DNA of 64,000 nucleotides, taken from assembly GCA_963745075.1 (NCBI GenBank), contig CAVUWV010000036.1, positions 128,001 through 192,000 on the forward strand, in the 5' to 3' direction. Made by a program: the position numbers and the translations under genes. Source of the DNA: Candidatus Hydrogenedentota bacterium. GTDB lineage: Bacteria; Hydrogenedentota; Hydrogenedentia; Hydrogenedentales; SLHB01. The notes below the pieces were generated by a model. It saw only the letters and a program-made list of their open reading frames with translations, had not been told where the DNA came from and ran no database searches. Of the stretch, positions 50,650 through 61,012 are shown in pieces (the first letter of the stretch is position 1; the number at the start of each line of letters is the position of its first letter).

Positions 50650-53259
50650 ATGCACATCAAGATTGAAGCGATGCGTACGAGTGGATTTCGCGCATCGATA
50701 GTTTTCGGAACGTGCCTCCTGGCGACAGCATGGAGTCTTGGCTTTGTAACCAGTGCGTTCGCGGATGAAGCAATCCCCTGGCCCCAGACGATCGGTACCC
50801 AGCATTGGCCGGGGGCGTACTGGTGGTGCCCGGGCAGCGCATGGAATGAAGATGACATTGCATACAACCTGAAAACCATGCACGACGGGGGTATTCGCAA
50901 CGCGCACATCGTCCCCATTTACGGCGCCAAGGGATACGAAGACCGCTACATCGACTTTCTTTCACCGGAATGGATGCACATGCTCGATTTCATCGTGCAG
51001 ACCGGCAAGTCGCTGGACATGAACGTCGACATGACTACCGGCACGGGCTGGTGTTTCGGCGGACCCGGTATAGAAGGCGCCTTTGCCGATACGGTTATCG
51101 AATGGGACGCGGACGCGGGTACCTTCGCACTGAAACCCGGACGCAAGGTAAAGCGCGCCGCCCCCGGCGGCGAAGGCATGATGCTAAACCCGTACTCGCC
51201 CGCCGCGATGGAGTTTTACCTGGCGCGCTTCTCGAACGCATTCGATGAAGCCAAACCTGCGTTACCGCGCGCGCAGTACCATGACTCCTTCGAATACCAA
51301 GGCAACTGGTCCGAAGATCTGCCGGACGTGTTCCAGTCGCGCCGGGGGTATGACCTCATGAAGCGCCTCCCCGAGTTCTTTAATTCAGGGGCAGACCTCG
51401 AAATCCTATCCCGTCTCAAGTACGATTACCGCTTGACCCTCGGCGAACTGCATCTCGAAACCATCCGCGCGTGGGTGGACTGGTGCCATGCGCGGGGCAT
51501 GCTCACGCGCGACCAGGCGCATGGCAGCCCGGCGAATTTGCTCGACGTATACGCCGCGGCGGACATCCCCGAAACGGAAATGTTCGGCGCGCCCGACTTT
51601 CCCATTCCCGGGTTTCGTCTCAACCCCGACATGTCTCGCGAAGGCGACGTGGACACGCGCGTCTGCATGTTGGCCGCATCGGCTGCGCACGTCGTCCACG
51701 AGCCCGGCAAACAACTGGTCTCCTCGGAAACGTGCACGTGGCTGCGCGAGCACTGGCACACCAACCTGGCCGACGTGAAACTGCAACTCGACCGCTTCTT
51801 CCTCGCCGGCATCAACCACGTCTTCTACCACGGCACCTGTTACTCGCCACAGGATGCGCCATGGCCCGGTTGGTTTTTCTACGCCTCGACCAAGTTCGAC
51901 TGGCGCAATTCCATCTGGCACGACCTGCCGTACCTGAACGCCTACGTCGCGCGCTGCCAGTCGGTGCTGCAAGCGGGCACGCCCGCCAACGATATCCTGC
52001 TCTACTGGCCCATTCACGATCTCTGGAGTTCGCCGGACGGCATGGAGATCCGCTTCGCCGTGCACGGCCCCAAGTGGATGTCCGAGTCCCGCGCCGGCGC
52101 CGTGGCGAAGCAGTTCATGGACAAGGGGTATACCTTCGATTTCGTCTCCGATGCCATGCTGAAGGATGTCGTGTATCGCAATGGCCGGCTCCATGCGACC
52201 GGTTCGGATTACCGTGCCGTCGTCATCCCCAAGTGCGAATACATGCCCCCCGAAACCTTGAAGGCCCTCGCCGATCTCGCGGAACAAGGCGCACCGATCC
52301 TTTTTGAAGATGCGCTGCCGGAGGATGTCCCGGGCTTCGCCGATCTTGATACGCGCAGGGCTACGTTTGCTGCAGAACGGAAACGCGCCGCACAGGCCGC
52401 GCAAGTCGTAAGCAATCTCCCCGAGGCTTTGGACGCGGCCGGCGTGACGCGGGAGCCTATGACCGACGGCGGGTTGAAGTTCATTCGGCGTCGCGTCGAT
52501 GGCGGCTATTACTATTTCATCGCCAACCACACGGCAAATGCGTGGGACGATTGGCTGCCGCTTGGCGTCACCTTCGCGTCCGCAACGCTGTATGATCCCA
52601 TGACCGGCGCGTCGGGAGCGCTGCAAACGGGCGAAGTCGACGGCCAGCAAGCCGTGTATCTACAGCTTGATCCGGGCGTCGCGACAATCCTACGCACGAG
52701 CGGCGCCGAGGCGGACGGTTCTCGCTGGACCTACCTGATACCCGCGAGTGATGGGATCGACATCGCCGGTCCCTGGTCACTCGCGTTCATCGAAGGCGGA
52801 CCCACGCTACCCGGCCCGGCGACGCTGGAATCGTTGACGTCTTGGACCGAAAAGCCCGGCGGCAACGCCGTCGCCTTCGCCGGGACCGGCCGGTATACGG
52901 TTCAATTTGATCTGCCCCGGGACACCAACGCGGACGATTGGATCCTCGACTTGGGTGATGTACGCGAGAGTGCGCGACTAAACGTGAACGGAGAAGACGC
53001 GGGAACCCTTGTCGCGCTTCCCTTCCGCATGCGCATCGGTCAATATTTGCACCCCGGTGAAAACACGCTCGCAATTGACGTCACCAATCTCTCCGCCAAC
53101 CGCATCCGTGACTTGGCGCAACATTCGGACGATTGGAAAGTCATGCGCGACATCAACATCGTCACGGTCGACTACACGGAGTTCAAACCCCAGGACTGGC
53201 CCGTCGTCGAGTCCGGTTTGCTGGGACCGGTACGGCTGATTCCGATGCAGGCGAAGTAA
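50650..53259 (+). CDS. GH106-like alpha-L-rhamnosidase, secreted
   Basis: YWWCPGSA, VPIYG, DMTTGTGWCFGGP, DSFE, QAHGSP, DIPETE, SSETCTW, GINHVFYHG, SGLLGPVRL; start uncertain. Confidence 0.85.
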   Translation: MHIKIEAMRTSGFRASIVFGTCLLATAWSLGFVTSAFADEAIPWPQTIGTQHWPGAYWWCPGSAWNEDDIAYNLKTMHDGGIRNAHIVPIYGAKGYEDRYIDFLSPEWMHMLDFIVQTGKSLDMNVDMTTGTGWCFGGPGIEGAFADTVIEWDADAGTFALKPGRKVKRAAPGGEGMMLNPYSPAAMEFYLARFSNAFDEAKPALPRAQYHDSFEYQGNWSEDLPDVFQSRRGYDLMKRLPEFFNSGADLEILSRLKYDYRLTLGELHLETIRAWVDWCHARGMLTRDQAHGSPANLLDVYAAADIPETEMFGAPDFPIPGFRLNPDMSREGDVDTRVCMLAASAAHVVHEPGKQLVSSETCTWLREHWHTNLADVKLQLDRFFLAGINHVFYHGTCYSPQDAPWPGWFFYASTKFDWRNSIWHDLPYLNAYVARCQSVLQAGTPANDILLYWPIHDLWSSPDGMEIRFAVHGPKWMSESRAGAVAKQFMDKGYTFDFVSDAMLKDVVYRNGRLHATGSDYRAVVIPKCEYMPPETLKALADLAEQGAPILFEDALPEDVPGFADLDTRRATFAAERKRAAQAAQVVSNLPEALDAAGVTREPMTDGGLKFIRRRVDGGYYYFIANHTANAWDDWLPLGVTFASATLYDPMTGASGALQTGEVDGQQAVYLQLDPGVATILRTSGAEADGSRWTYLIPASDGIDIAGPWSLAFIEGGPTLPGPATLESLTSWTEKPGGNAVAFAGTGRYTVQFDLPRDTNADDWILDLGDVRESARLNVNGEDAGTLVALPFRMRIGQYLHPGENTLAIDVTNLSANRIRDLAQHSDDWKVMRDINIVTVDYTEFKPQDWPVVESGLLGPVRLIPMQAK

Positions 53260-53292
53260 CGATTTCGAAGTGCGACGCGGGACGTTCGCGAG

Positions 53293-53850
53293 TCAGTCTT
53301 CCGCGACGGGTGACAACGACCGCCTGAGAATGGGATCGTGCACCGCATGCTTGCGCGGCGTCCACGCGTACAAGCCGATGGCCACGACCCAGACCAGTAC
53401 TTCCAATCCAAAGGTCCAGTGCAACATAAAATTGAGGAGCGTATAGGGATACACGTTCGGTACGGCGAAGAACACCACATACCGGTGACTGAACGGTTCC
53501 AGCCACCGAATGCCGGCAACGATCGTATCGAGAAAACAATGGAGCAGAACGTTCACGCCCACAAGAGCAACCAGCGGGATGTAGTGCCGACACCGTAGCG
53601 CGTAACACCACGCGATGATTCCCGAGAATGCGACCAGCCAGAAGAAGGGAATATGCGTCCAGTAACTGTGATGCAGATGCTGCCGCGCGTCGATCGTCAA
53701 GAAATAGATCAAGTCCAGGTCGGGTAGAAGTGCGGCACAAACTCCGATTCCAATTATCGTTCGAGGCGAAAATGTCCGATCGGGGATCAGCCCCAGAGAG
53801 ACTGCGAGTTTCGAAACGGCATATCCCGCCGGCGCGTGCGCAGTAATCAT
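53293..53850 (-). CDS. Membrane-bound metal-dependent hydrolase (YdjM-like)
   Basis: AHAPAGY, LLPDLD, HHSYWTH, LHCFLD, IRWLEPFS. Confidence 0.85.
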   Translation of the reverse strand: MITAHAPAGYAVSKLAVSLGLIPDRTFSPRTIIGIGVCAALLPDLDLIYFLTIDARQHLHHSYWTHIPFFWLVAFSGIIAWCYALRCRHYIPLVALVGVNVLLHCFLDTIVAGIRWLEPFSHRYVVFFAVPNVYPYTLLNFMLHWTFGLEVLVWVVAIGLYAWTPRKHAVHDPILRRSLSPVAED

Positions 53851-53989
53851 GTGTCGTCCTGCTCCGGATTTCAGATGGGCCGGTCGGCGTACTGCATGTA
53901 ATCCTTGCTGAGAACGTAAAGTTGCGCGTTGACCATCGTACGAGTCCGAGAACTCGATAAACCGTGCAGTGGGAGAAGAGAAGACCAAT

Positions 53990-55411
53990 CTATTGCGACG
54001 AGACAACTGCAGCAGCCCACGCTCCCGAATCGGGCGGGGCAACATCAACACGCTCTCCGCCGTTCAGCGTAAATGTATCCCCCCAAGCGCCATTGCGGAT
54101 ATCGATCCATTGCGACGTGAACGTTCCGGACGATTTCGTGAGATCGAGTTTCACCGAACCACCCTCCGGGAAGTACAGCGCGTAAGCCTTGCCCGGCTTC
54201 GCACGAAGGTACGCCTCGTCCGGATCGCGATCGGCGAGCAACTCATTATGGGGGTCAAGGTCCCACAACTTCATCCGGCTTTCCAGCAGGCGCGCGGCTC
54301 CGATGCAGGCCTTCGCGCTGTCATCGAGGGCCGATCCCGCGGGTGCGCGGTGGAAGCGGATTCCCGCCATGCCCGCCATGAGTCCGCGCCAGAATTTCTG
54401 ACGCGAATACGTATCGAGTTCGTCATCTTGGTTTGTAATGATCTTTACCGCGTTGATAGGTCGCGGCGTATCGCCCATGGCGGCCATCGTGTCGAGCACC
54501 GTTTGCCATTGGCCTTCTCCTTTCGGCGCCCAGGCCTGGCGGCGGGGACCGAGGATCTTCGATCCTTCCACAAAGTTGTAGAGATCCGGACGGCTTACGA
54601 CGGGTTCCAGCTTGCACTGGTCCAACATCTCCGTTACGTAGACCGGAACGCCGGCTTTCCGAGCCGTATCCTGTACCAACCGTGCCCAATGCGCGCTCCA
54701 TTCCGCCGGCGCCGAGCCCTCGTTGTTGATGCAATACAGCACGTTGTTGCGCGGGAGACTGTACGAAAGCACGTTCGCGACAAACGCGTCCTGATACTGA
54801 AAAATACGGGCGTACCGCGGATCGTACTGCGGCAGACCGGGAACCGTGAAAAAGAACGGCTGCTTATCGCGATAGGCCGGCGCCGGGTATTCATCCGCGA
54901 GTCCCGATTCGTCCCCCGTGTAGTTCACGTTGTTGACCGGCCGCCATGCGCTGGCCGCCCACTGCTCCTGCGAATAGTCGAACCGGTCCCACAACTCGAT
55001 CTGCAGGATGATGTCGCGCGCTTCGCACCAATCGAGACAGCGCTGGAAGCGTTGCCAATAGTCTTCGTTCCATTGATCGAGATCGAACTTCCCGTTCGGC
55101 AAGAGCCGATGCGGTTTCAGCGTTGCCCCTTCCCGTTGGCTCATGACACAGCGGACATAGTTGCCGCCCGCTGCGACAACCTCGTCGAGATGCGTTTCCA
55201 GATCGTCCAACAGGAAGATGTGGTCCGTCTTGCTGCCGCCCAGCAACAGCACCGGCGCACCGCGATATTGCCAGTAATGCGGATTCGCCGCGTAGGGCTG
55301 AATCCGGTCGCCCTTGTTCCTTTGGGCCGACGAAAGAACAGCAGGGAGAACAAGGACAGCAAGGACGGTAAGCATTCGATTACAACGACTGCCGGTGAAG
55401 TTCACGACCAT
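53990..55411 (-). CDS. Secreted glycoside-hydrolase-like protein with C-terminal beta-sandwich
   Basis: Signal-like segment, NPHYWQYRG, YWQRF, NVLYCINNE, YALYFPEGGSVKLDL...WID; start uncertain. Confidence 0.65.
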   Translation of the reverse strand: MVVNFTGSRCNRMLTVLAVLVLPAVLSSAQRNKGDRIQPYAANPHYWQYRGAPVLLLGGSKTDHIFLLDDLETHLDEVVAAGGNYVRCVMSQREGATLKPHRLLPNGKFDLDQWNEDYWQRFQRCLDWCEARDIILQIELWDRFDYSQEQWAASAWRPVNNVNYTGDESGLADEYPAPAYRDKQPFFFTVPGLPQYDPRYARIFQYQDAFVANVLSYSLPRNNVLYCINNEGSAPAEWSAHWARLVQDTARKAGVPVYVTEMLDQCKLEPVVSRPDLYNFVEGSKILGPRRQAWAPKGEGQWQTVLDTMAAMGDTPRPINAVKIITNQDDELDTYSRQKFWRGLMAGMAGIRFHRAPAGSALDDSAKACIGAARLLESRMKLWDLDPHNELLADRDPDEAYLRAKPGKAYALYFPEGGSVKLDLTKSSGTFTSQWIDIRNGAWGDTFTLNGGERVDVAPPDSGAWAAAVVSSQ

Positions 55412-55449
55412 CTCCTCAGGAAGTCTTGCATCACTGTTCTTCTCATCGA

Positions 55450-57801
55450 TTACGGACCCGGCCAACGAGTTCCGGCGAGTGTGATGGCTCCATCATCGAA
55501 ACGCAAGATCACCGCGCCCAATTTGTCCGTGCGATAGACGGGGATTTTTCGTTCTCGATACCATTGCAAGACCTGTTGCGACACCGCGCCCCGGCCGAAT
55601 GCACCGCCCGTGGACACCACCGCATACTGCGGCGCAACCGCGTCGATAAACCGGGGGGAACTGGACGTACGCGAGCCATGATGCGGCACTTTCAGGATAT
55701 CCGATCGACAGTCGCTTTCGGCAACCAACGCTTCCGCCTCCGATTCGATGTCACCGGTGAGCAGGACCCGTATTCCATTGCAGTCGAGGCGCAGCACGAT
55801 GCTGCAATCGTTGTCGTCGTGCGCAGCCTCCCAGTCGGCGGGAGGATGCAGCACATGCAGTTCCGCCCCGCCCAAATCGAAGATATCGCCCGCCGATATG
55901 CGCCGAATAGTGATACCGGCTTTCGCGCAACGCTCGACCAGTTCCCGCTCCGTGGTGCTGTCCCCCGCCACCGGGCCCAGCAACACCTCGCGAACCGACA
56001 TTTCGTCCACGAGGTACAATGCACCCCCCATGTGATCGCGATCCGCGTGCGTGAGAAAGAGGTAATCGATCCGGTTGATGCCGCGCCACCAAAGGTAGGG
56101 TGCGACCGCCCGTTCACCGTAATCGACGTATTCGTTCCGGTCGCCCGCGTCGACAACCGCGACTGTACCGCCGGGCGAGCGGATGACAGTTGCGTCGCCA
56201 TGCCGGACGTCGAGAAACGCAACGCCGGGGACCGGGTACCACTCCCGCCAGAAAACGACCGCGCAAATCAATAGGACCGCGATCGCGCCCAGGTGCAAGC
56301 AGCGTCCTCGCCGGGTCACCGTACGGATACCGACTACCAGCAATACCGCCATGACGTAGGCAAAAGCCGCGCCAGCCGTCGGTGACGTTATGGCCGGCAT
56401 GAAATGCTGAACGGCCGTGCCCCACCGTGCGAGGAACAGTATGACGGCCATGGCGGGCAATATCGCGTGAGCGAATACCGCGGCAATCGGAAGCGAAATG
56501 AGTGCTGCCAGCGTGGCGAGGAAACACAGCCATAATACAACGGTCAATAACGGCACCACGATAAGATTGAGCAACGGGCCGCAGATCGGGAGCACGTGGA
56601 AATAGTAGGCCGCCAGCGGTACCGGCAGAATCTGCACCGCCAACGAAACCGCGATAGACTGCCGCACCCCAAAAGGCAACGTACCGAGCAGCCCTTCGAT
56701 GGGCGGTGCGAAGATCAGGATGGAGGCCACGCTGGCATAGGAAAGCTGAAAACCGATGTGATACAGCGTATCGGGATCGTATCCGAGAAAGAGGACCGCG
56801 GAGATACTCAGCGCCGTCGGCACGTCCGGTTCGCGGTCGAACAGTTCCGCGACCAGATAGATGCAGACCATCAACGCCGCCCGCAGACTCGTCATGGACG
56901 CGCCCGCCGTGAACGCAAAGAGCACCACCGTCGCCATCGCTACCAGCGCACGGTACCGCCCGTTCCGCATGAACAGTCGCAACACGAACATGGTACTCGC
57001 GAAGATGATGCCGACGTGGACCCCCGAAACCGCAAGGATATGCGCAATGCCCGACAGCCGGAAGATAGCGTAGCTGTCCCGCGGCAGATGATTCCGGTCG
57101 CCCAACCACACCGCGTAGATGAACGGCAGTAACCGGCCCGGCGTAATTTCGTGGAACCACGCCGCTTCGGCCACCCGGAAACGCGACGCCTGGTAACGCA
57201 AGGACCACCACGGGGCGTCCGCCACCTTCGCGACGTCAGCCGCCTTCCGTACCGTTAGCTCCGCGTGGATCCCTTCCGCGTGAAGGTGGTCTTCCGCATC
57301 GTAGATCCCCGGGTTGACCGCACCCAGTTTGTTCGATGCGGCGCCTTCGGCGCGGATGCGCTGCCCCACAAAGACCGGGCGCTCCGGTTCGCGCCAACGA
57401 ACCTGTACCCGGCCGGCCGCGTCGTACCTTCGTCCATCTATGACAACATCGTCAACGTCGAGCACAAGACTCATCGACGCCTCGCCGTCGACGTACAAGT
57501 CGGTGCGCTGCACCCGGCCGGTCATGACGTACCGCGCCTCTTTGTTCAGTTCGACGAGGCGAGAGACGCCGTCGCCCGGCGGTCCGGCGTGCCGCGCGTT
57601 CCACAGGAGTGCTCCCAGCGCGAAGAAGCACAGCGCCACGGTAAGGGGCCGCAAGGCGGGTCTACGGAGTGCAAAAAAGGCGAGGATCAGGCCAGTGAAA
57701 AAACCGGCCAGTGGCAGCCCATACCCGGCGATCCACTCCTGGCCGGCCGCGAAGGTGCCGGCGGCCCAGGCGACCGCAACCCATGCGAGAGGCCTGTTCA
57801 T
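55450..57801 (-). CDS. comEC: DNA uptake channel ComEC/Rec2
   Basis: NPG, GIAHILAVSGVHV, GFQLSY, LDVRHGDA, THADRDHMGG, LTGDIE, KVPHHGS, YRTD. Confidence 0.95.
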   Translation of the reverse strand: MNRPLAWVAVAWAAGTFAAGQEWIAGYGLPLAGFFTGLILAFFALRRPALRPLTVALCFFALGALLWNARHAGPPGDGVSRLVELNKEARYVMTGRVQRTDLYVDGEASMSLVLDVDDVVIDGRRYDAAGRVQVRWREPERPVFVGQRIRAEGAASNKLGAVNPGIYDAEDHLHAEGIHAELTVRKAADVAKVADAPWWSLRYQASRFRVAEAAWFHEITPGRLLPFIYAVWLGDRNHLPRDSYAIFRLSGIAHILAVSGVHVGIIFASTMFVLRLFMRNGRYRALVAMATVVLFAFTAGASMTSLRAALMVCIYLVAELFDREPDVPTALSISAVLFLGYDPDTLYHIGFQLSYASVASILIFAPPIEGLLGTLPFGVRQSIAVSLAVQILPVPLAAYYFHVLPICGPLLNLIVVPLLTVVLWLCFLATLAALISLPIAAVFAHAILPAMAVILFLARWGTAVQHFMPAITSPTAGAAFAYVMAVLLVVGIRTVTRRGRCLHLGAIAVLLICAVVFWREWYPVPGVAFLDVRHGDATVIRSPGGTVAVVDAGDRNEYVDYGERAVAPYLWWRGINRIDYLFLTHADRDHMGGALYLVDEMSVREVLLGPVAGDSTTERELVERCAKAGITIRRISAGDIFDLGGAELHVLHPPADWEAAHDDNDCSIVLRLDCNGIRVLLTGDIESEAEALVAESDCRSDILKVPHHGSRTSSSPRFIDAVAPQYAVVSTGGAFGRGAVSQQVLQWYRERKIPVYRTDKLGAVILRFDDGAITLAGTRWPGP

Positions 57802-57807
57802 AGGCCA

Positions 57808-57836
57808 AGTGTACCTGGTACGGCGTGCGCGTGCAA
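57808..57836 (-). promoter_or_regulatory. Putative leaderless promoter of comEC
   Basis: TTGCAC-17-TACACT, then 6 nt to ATG with no Shine-Dalgarno. Confidence 0.55.
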
Positions 57837-57876
57837 GAGGCCGTGCTAGCCCCCTCCCGCAGGATTCCCCCTCCAC

Positions 57877-57915
57877 AAAGAGAAAAGCGCCCGCCATCCT
57901 CTGACGCGCGGGCGC
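57877..57915 (-). terminator. Intrinsic terminator after the micro-protein gene
   Basis: GCGCCCGC-N13-GCGGGCGC followed by TTTTCTCTTT. Confidence 0.8.
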
Positions 57916-57954
57916 CGTTCAAACTCAGAATCTCTTTTTCGTCCTTGCGACCGG

Positions 57955-58080
57955 TTACGCCGGCATCTGGAACGTCAGAAGCAGATTGATCAGCCAGAGC
58001 AACAGCGAGTAGCCGAAGTCACCGATGCTACTAAGCAAAAAATCCGAGAAATAACCAAGTGCACTGTCAAAAATCGGCAT
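57955..58080 (-). CDS. 41-aa hydrophobic, anionic micro-protein
   Basis: MPIFDSALGYFSDFLLSSIGDFGYSLLLWLINLLLTFQMPA; AAGGAGG 8 nt before ATG; own promoter and terminator. Confidence 0.8.
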   Translation of the reverse strand: MPIFDSALGYFSDFLLSSIGDFGYSLLLWLINLLLTFQMPA

Positions 58081-58132
58081 GTCCGTTTCCTCCTTCTCAA
58101 AAAATGTACGATGAGCCATCCAACGTCGTGCT

Positions 58133-58162
58133 ATGCTACCCAATCCCGATTGCGTTTGTCAA
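58133..58162 (-). promoter_or_regulatory. Sigma70-type promoter of the micro-protein gene
   Basis: TTGACA-18-TAGCAT; spacer contains palindrome CAATC-GG-GATTG. Confidence 0.7.
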
Positions 58163-58297
58163 GGATTGCCCCAAAACCTCGCGTCAAATTTCGCGTTGCG
58201 ACACCCCAACCCCTATCCCTGCCACCTCTTCGGCGAGATCGGCCGACAACTCCCTGAAATTTGAATTCTATTACGATACAACCGAAGTAGCAATAGA

Positions 58298-60304
58298 TTA
58301 CATGCGATTGGGCGTCACGCTCGGCGTCTGTAGCGCCGTCAGCGTGGGGCGCGCCTTCGTCGGCTTATCCAGAAGGGCCGCCCCCGATTCATTCGCAATC
58401 AACAGGACCTGCCGGCTCCCCACCGACTCGTACCCCACCACGGGAAACCTGCCCAATTTCGGCGCAAAAGTCAGAAGCCACCGCCAATCCTGGGTTTGCA
58501 CGAACATGAACGCCGGTTCGGGACCACCAAAGTCGACCGCAAACTTCCCGATCGCTTCCGCCACCGCCGCGCGGAATGGTTTGGCAAGGTCGGATTTGCT
58601 TTCCGCAAAGGCAAACGCAGCATCTGCGGCGCCTTTCAACGCCTGCAATTCGTCATCCGTCACGGCACTGATATCCGCAATCGGCACGTCCGCCGTTGCC
58701 CGCCGCAACACGCTGCCCATCGCCCGCTGTTCCACGGCGACTTCCGTCGGATCGCGGCCTTCCGGTACGGGCAACGGCCACTCTTCCACGAGGAACGGAA
58801 TATGATGGTGTTTGGAATAGAAGATGTATGATTCCCGCGAAAATGCGACGGAATACAGCCGGAAATCGTCCCCCGCTTCCGCCAGTCGGCGGATGGGTGC
58901 GCAAAAACTTTCCGCGCCCTTGAACGTGTTGATGAACGGAAACACGATCACTGCCACCACCGTCGCCAGACCCGCAAAATGGCCCGCCACCGCATACGGA
59001 ACCATGCGCCCTTCGTTCCGACGCGCCGCGATGAAGGCGTGAATCGAGAAGATCAACGCACACACCGTCAGCGGCAGTACCGTCAGAATCAGCGTCAACC
59101 CGTTGTCGGTCACCGCCATGGGAAGGTCCCAGGTCGCAAGATAAGCGTTAAACCCTTCGAGATGCCCGCTGCACGCCAGGTACCCGAGGGGTATCGTCGG
59201 CAACCCCAGCATCAGCAGAAACGCCGCCCATACGTAACCGGTTCGGCGTCGCCAGGTTGCACGATCGCTATCCATGAGGTCGACCACCGTCGAGCCGATC
59301 AGAATCGCGAAAGCCGGGTAGAGTGGCAGGAGATAAATCGCCCGTTTGCCCGAACTGATCGAGAAAAACACGATGGCCGGCAACGTCCAACTCACCAGGA
59401 ACCGCACCGCCGGGCCTTCCCGCCGCCGCTTCCAAATCGCATAGATCGTCCAGGGCAGAAACAGGGTCCAGGGCATCAGATTGATCGGCAGGTTCTCGAT
59501 GTAATACCAAGGTGGCTGCTTCTTACTGACCCCCAGCACGAAACGGCCGATGGTCTGCCGGTACAGATTCTGAACGATCATGCCCACGGACGTGTCTTGT
59601 GCAATCTCGGGCCGGTCTTCCTGACCGCTCGCCATGGAGTAGGCGGGGACCAGCCAGAGGCCGATCAGAACGGCTACCACCAGCACACCCACCACCCAGT
59701 GAAGCGAACGGCGATCCGCGCGCTTGCCCCAATAGAAAGTAAACGTCAGCAACAGCGGGAACACCACGCCGGGCGGACCTTTCGTGAACACCGCCGCAGC
59801 CATCGCGCCATACAGCACGATGAGCCATTTTGTCTCCCGCGACTCGAAGTGACGCCAGAACGCGTAGAGACTCAGCGTGGTCCACGCCGTCAGCAGCATA
59901 TCGGTTTGGGCGGTCCGCGCCTCCCACCAGAAGAGAGCCGTTGTCATCAAGATGACAGTCGAGGCAAACGCGACCCGCTTGCCATACATCCGTTCCGCCA
60001 GCAGGAAGGTCAGCCACAATGCGGCCAAAGCGCCCAGGATCGACGGCATCCGCGCCGTGAATTCGGAAACCTCGCCGAACGGAAGCGAAATGACGGCCAT
60101 ACTCCAGAACAGAAGCGGCGGCTTCTCGTAGTAGGGCTGCCCGTTCACGTGCATGACGAGCCAGTCGCCGGTCTCGCCAATCTCGCGGGCCACCTCCCCA
60201 AACCGCGGTTCGTCCGGTGCCCAAAGGTTGTAGCCCCACACGTTGATTCCAAACAGCACGGCTCCGCAAGCCAGCACGAAAATGAGCGGCAGATGTTTGA
60301 TCAT
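58298..60304 (-). CDS. ArnT/PMT-family (GT-C) glycosyltransferase with C-terminal soluble extension
   Basis: APDEPRFGEVARE, YEKPPLLFW, ARMPS, FTKGP, PPWYY, SGKRAIYLLP; start 60304 overlaps upstream stop. Confidence 0.9.
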   Translation of the reverse strand: MIKHLPLIFVLACGAVLFGINVWGYNLWAPDEPRFGEVAREIGETGDWLVMHVNGQPYYEKPPLLFWSMAVISLPFGEVSEFTARMPSILGALAALWLTFLLAERMYGKRVAFASTVILMTTALFWWEARTAQTDMLLTAWTTLSLYAFWRHFESRETKWLIVLYGAMAAAVFTKGPPGVVFPLLLTFTFYWGKRADRRSLHWVVGVLVVAVLIGLWLVPAYSMASGQEDRPEIAQDTSVGMIVQNLYRQTIGRFVLGVSKKQPPWYYIENLPINLMPWTLFLPWTIYAIWKRRREGPAVRFLVSWTLPAIVFFSISSGKRAIYLLPLYPAFAILIGSTVVDLMDSDRATWRRRTGYVWAAFLLMLGLPTIPLGYLACSGHLEGFNAYLATWDLPMAVTDNGLTLILTVLPLTVCALIFSIHAFIAARRNEGRMVPYAVAGHFAGLATVVAVIVFPFINTFKGAESFCAPIRRLAEAGDDFRLYSVAFSRESYIFYSKHHHIPFLVEEWPLPVPEGRDPTEVAVEQRAMGSVLRRATADVPIADISAVTDDELQALKGAADAAFAFAESKSDLAKPFRAAVAEAIGKFAVDFGGPEPAFMFVQTQDWRWLLTFAPKLGRFPVVGYESVGSRQVLLIANESGAALLDKPTKARPTLTALQTPSVTPNRM

Positions 60305-61011
60305 GACTTTTGGGGGACCCCGGCCTGGTTGTTCTGGGAGTTTTCGGGATGCATGTAGATAAACCAGAGGTTCCGGCTGTACACCAGAATGTTGGCCATC
60401 ATGCCAAGAGCAAAAATCCATTCCCCGCGCTGCCAGAAGCAGGTCAGTTGCAGCAGACTGGCGACCACGCTGATATGCCAGAATATGTGGGGGATCACGC
60501 TCTTGCGCTTCATCTCTGTCACGATCCACTGAATGATAAACCGGCATGCAAACAGGGCTTGCCCCACGACCCCGATCGCGAGCCAGAACCAGATTTGGCT
60601 GGCCTCGTCCTGGGTGATCGTCTGGGTGTGCCGGTATTCCGTGAGCCAGATGTGCGCCACCACGGCCAATGCCACCGTCGATATGAGTACGACTGCCGTG
60701 TGAATCGCCCAGTTGGCCGCTGGCGACAGCTTGCCTCTTTCGCGCCAGATATGCACGAGGTTCCGTGAATAGATGACGATGTTCAGACTCTGCCCCAAGG
60801 CGCCTACGGGGGACTGATCATGGATGGCGTAGGTCAACAGCATCAGCGAACCGGCGCTGCTCATATACCAGAACGCCACCGGCACAACGCTGCGCTTCTG
60901 GCGTTCCGAGGCCCACCATTGGACGTAGAACCGGCCGTAGAATATCACGCCACCCGTCGTGCCGAGCAGCAACCAGCACAAATTGACGGGGTCTGACAGA
61001 TACTCGCTCAC
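60301..61011 (-). CDS. Tandem LAB_N (lipid A biosynthesis N-terminal) membrane protein
   Basis: Two repeats of G..G...F..RF..QW...E...SV.P..FW..S...Y.RNL. Confidence 0.9.
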   Translation of the reverse strand: MSEYLSDPVNLCWLLLGTTGGVIFYGRFYVQWWASERQKRSVVPVAFWYMSSAGSLMLLTYAIHDQSPVGALGQSLNIVIYSRNLVHIWRERGKLSPAANWAIHTAVVLISTVALAVVAHIWLTEYRHTQTITQDEASQIWFWLAIGVVGQALFACRFIIQWIVTEMKRKSVIPHIFWHISVVASLLQLTCFWQRGEWIFALGMMANILVYSRNLWFIYMHPENSQNNQAGVPQKS

Positions 61012-61012
61012 G

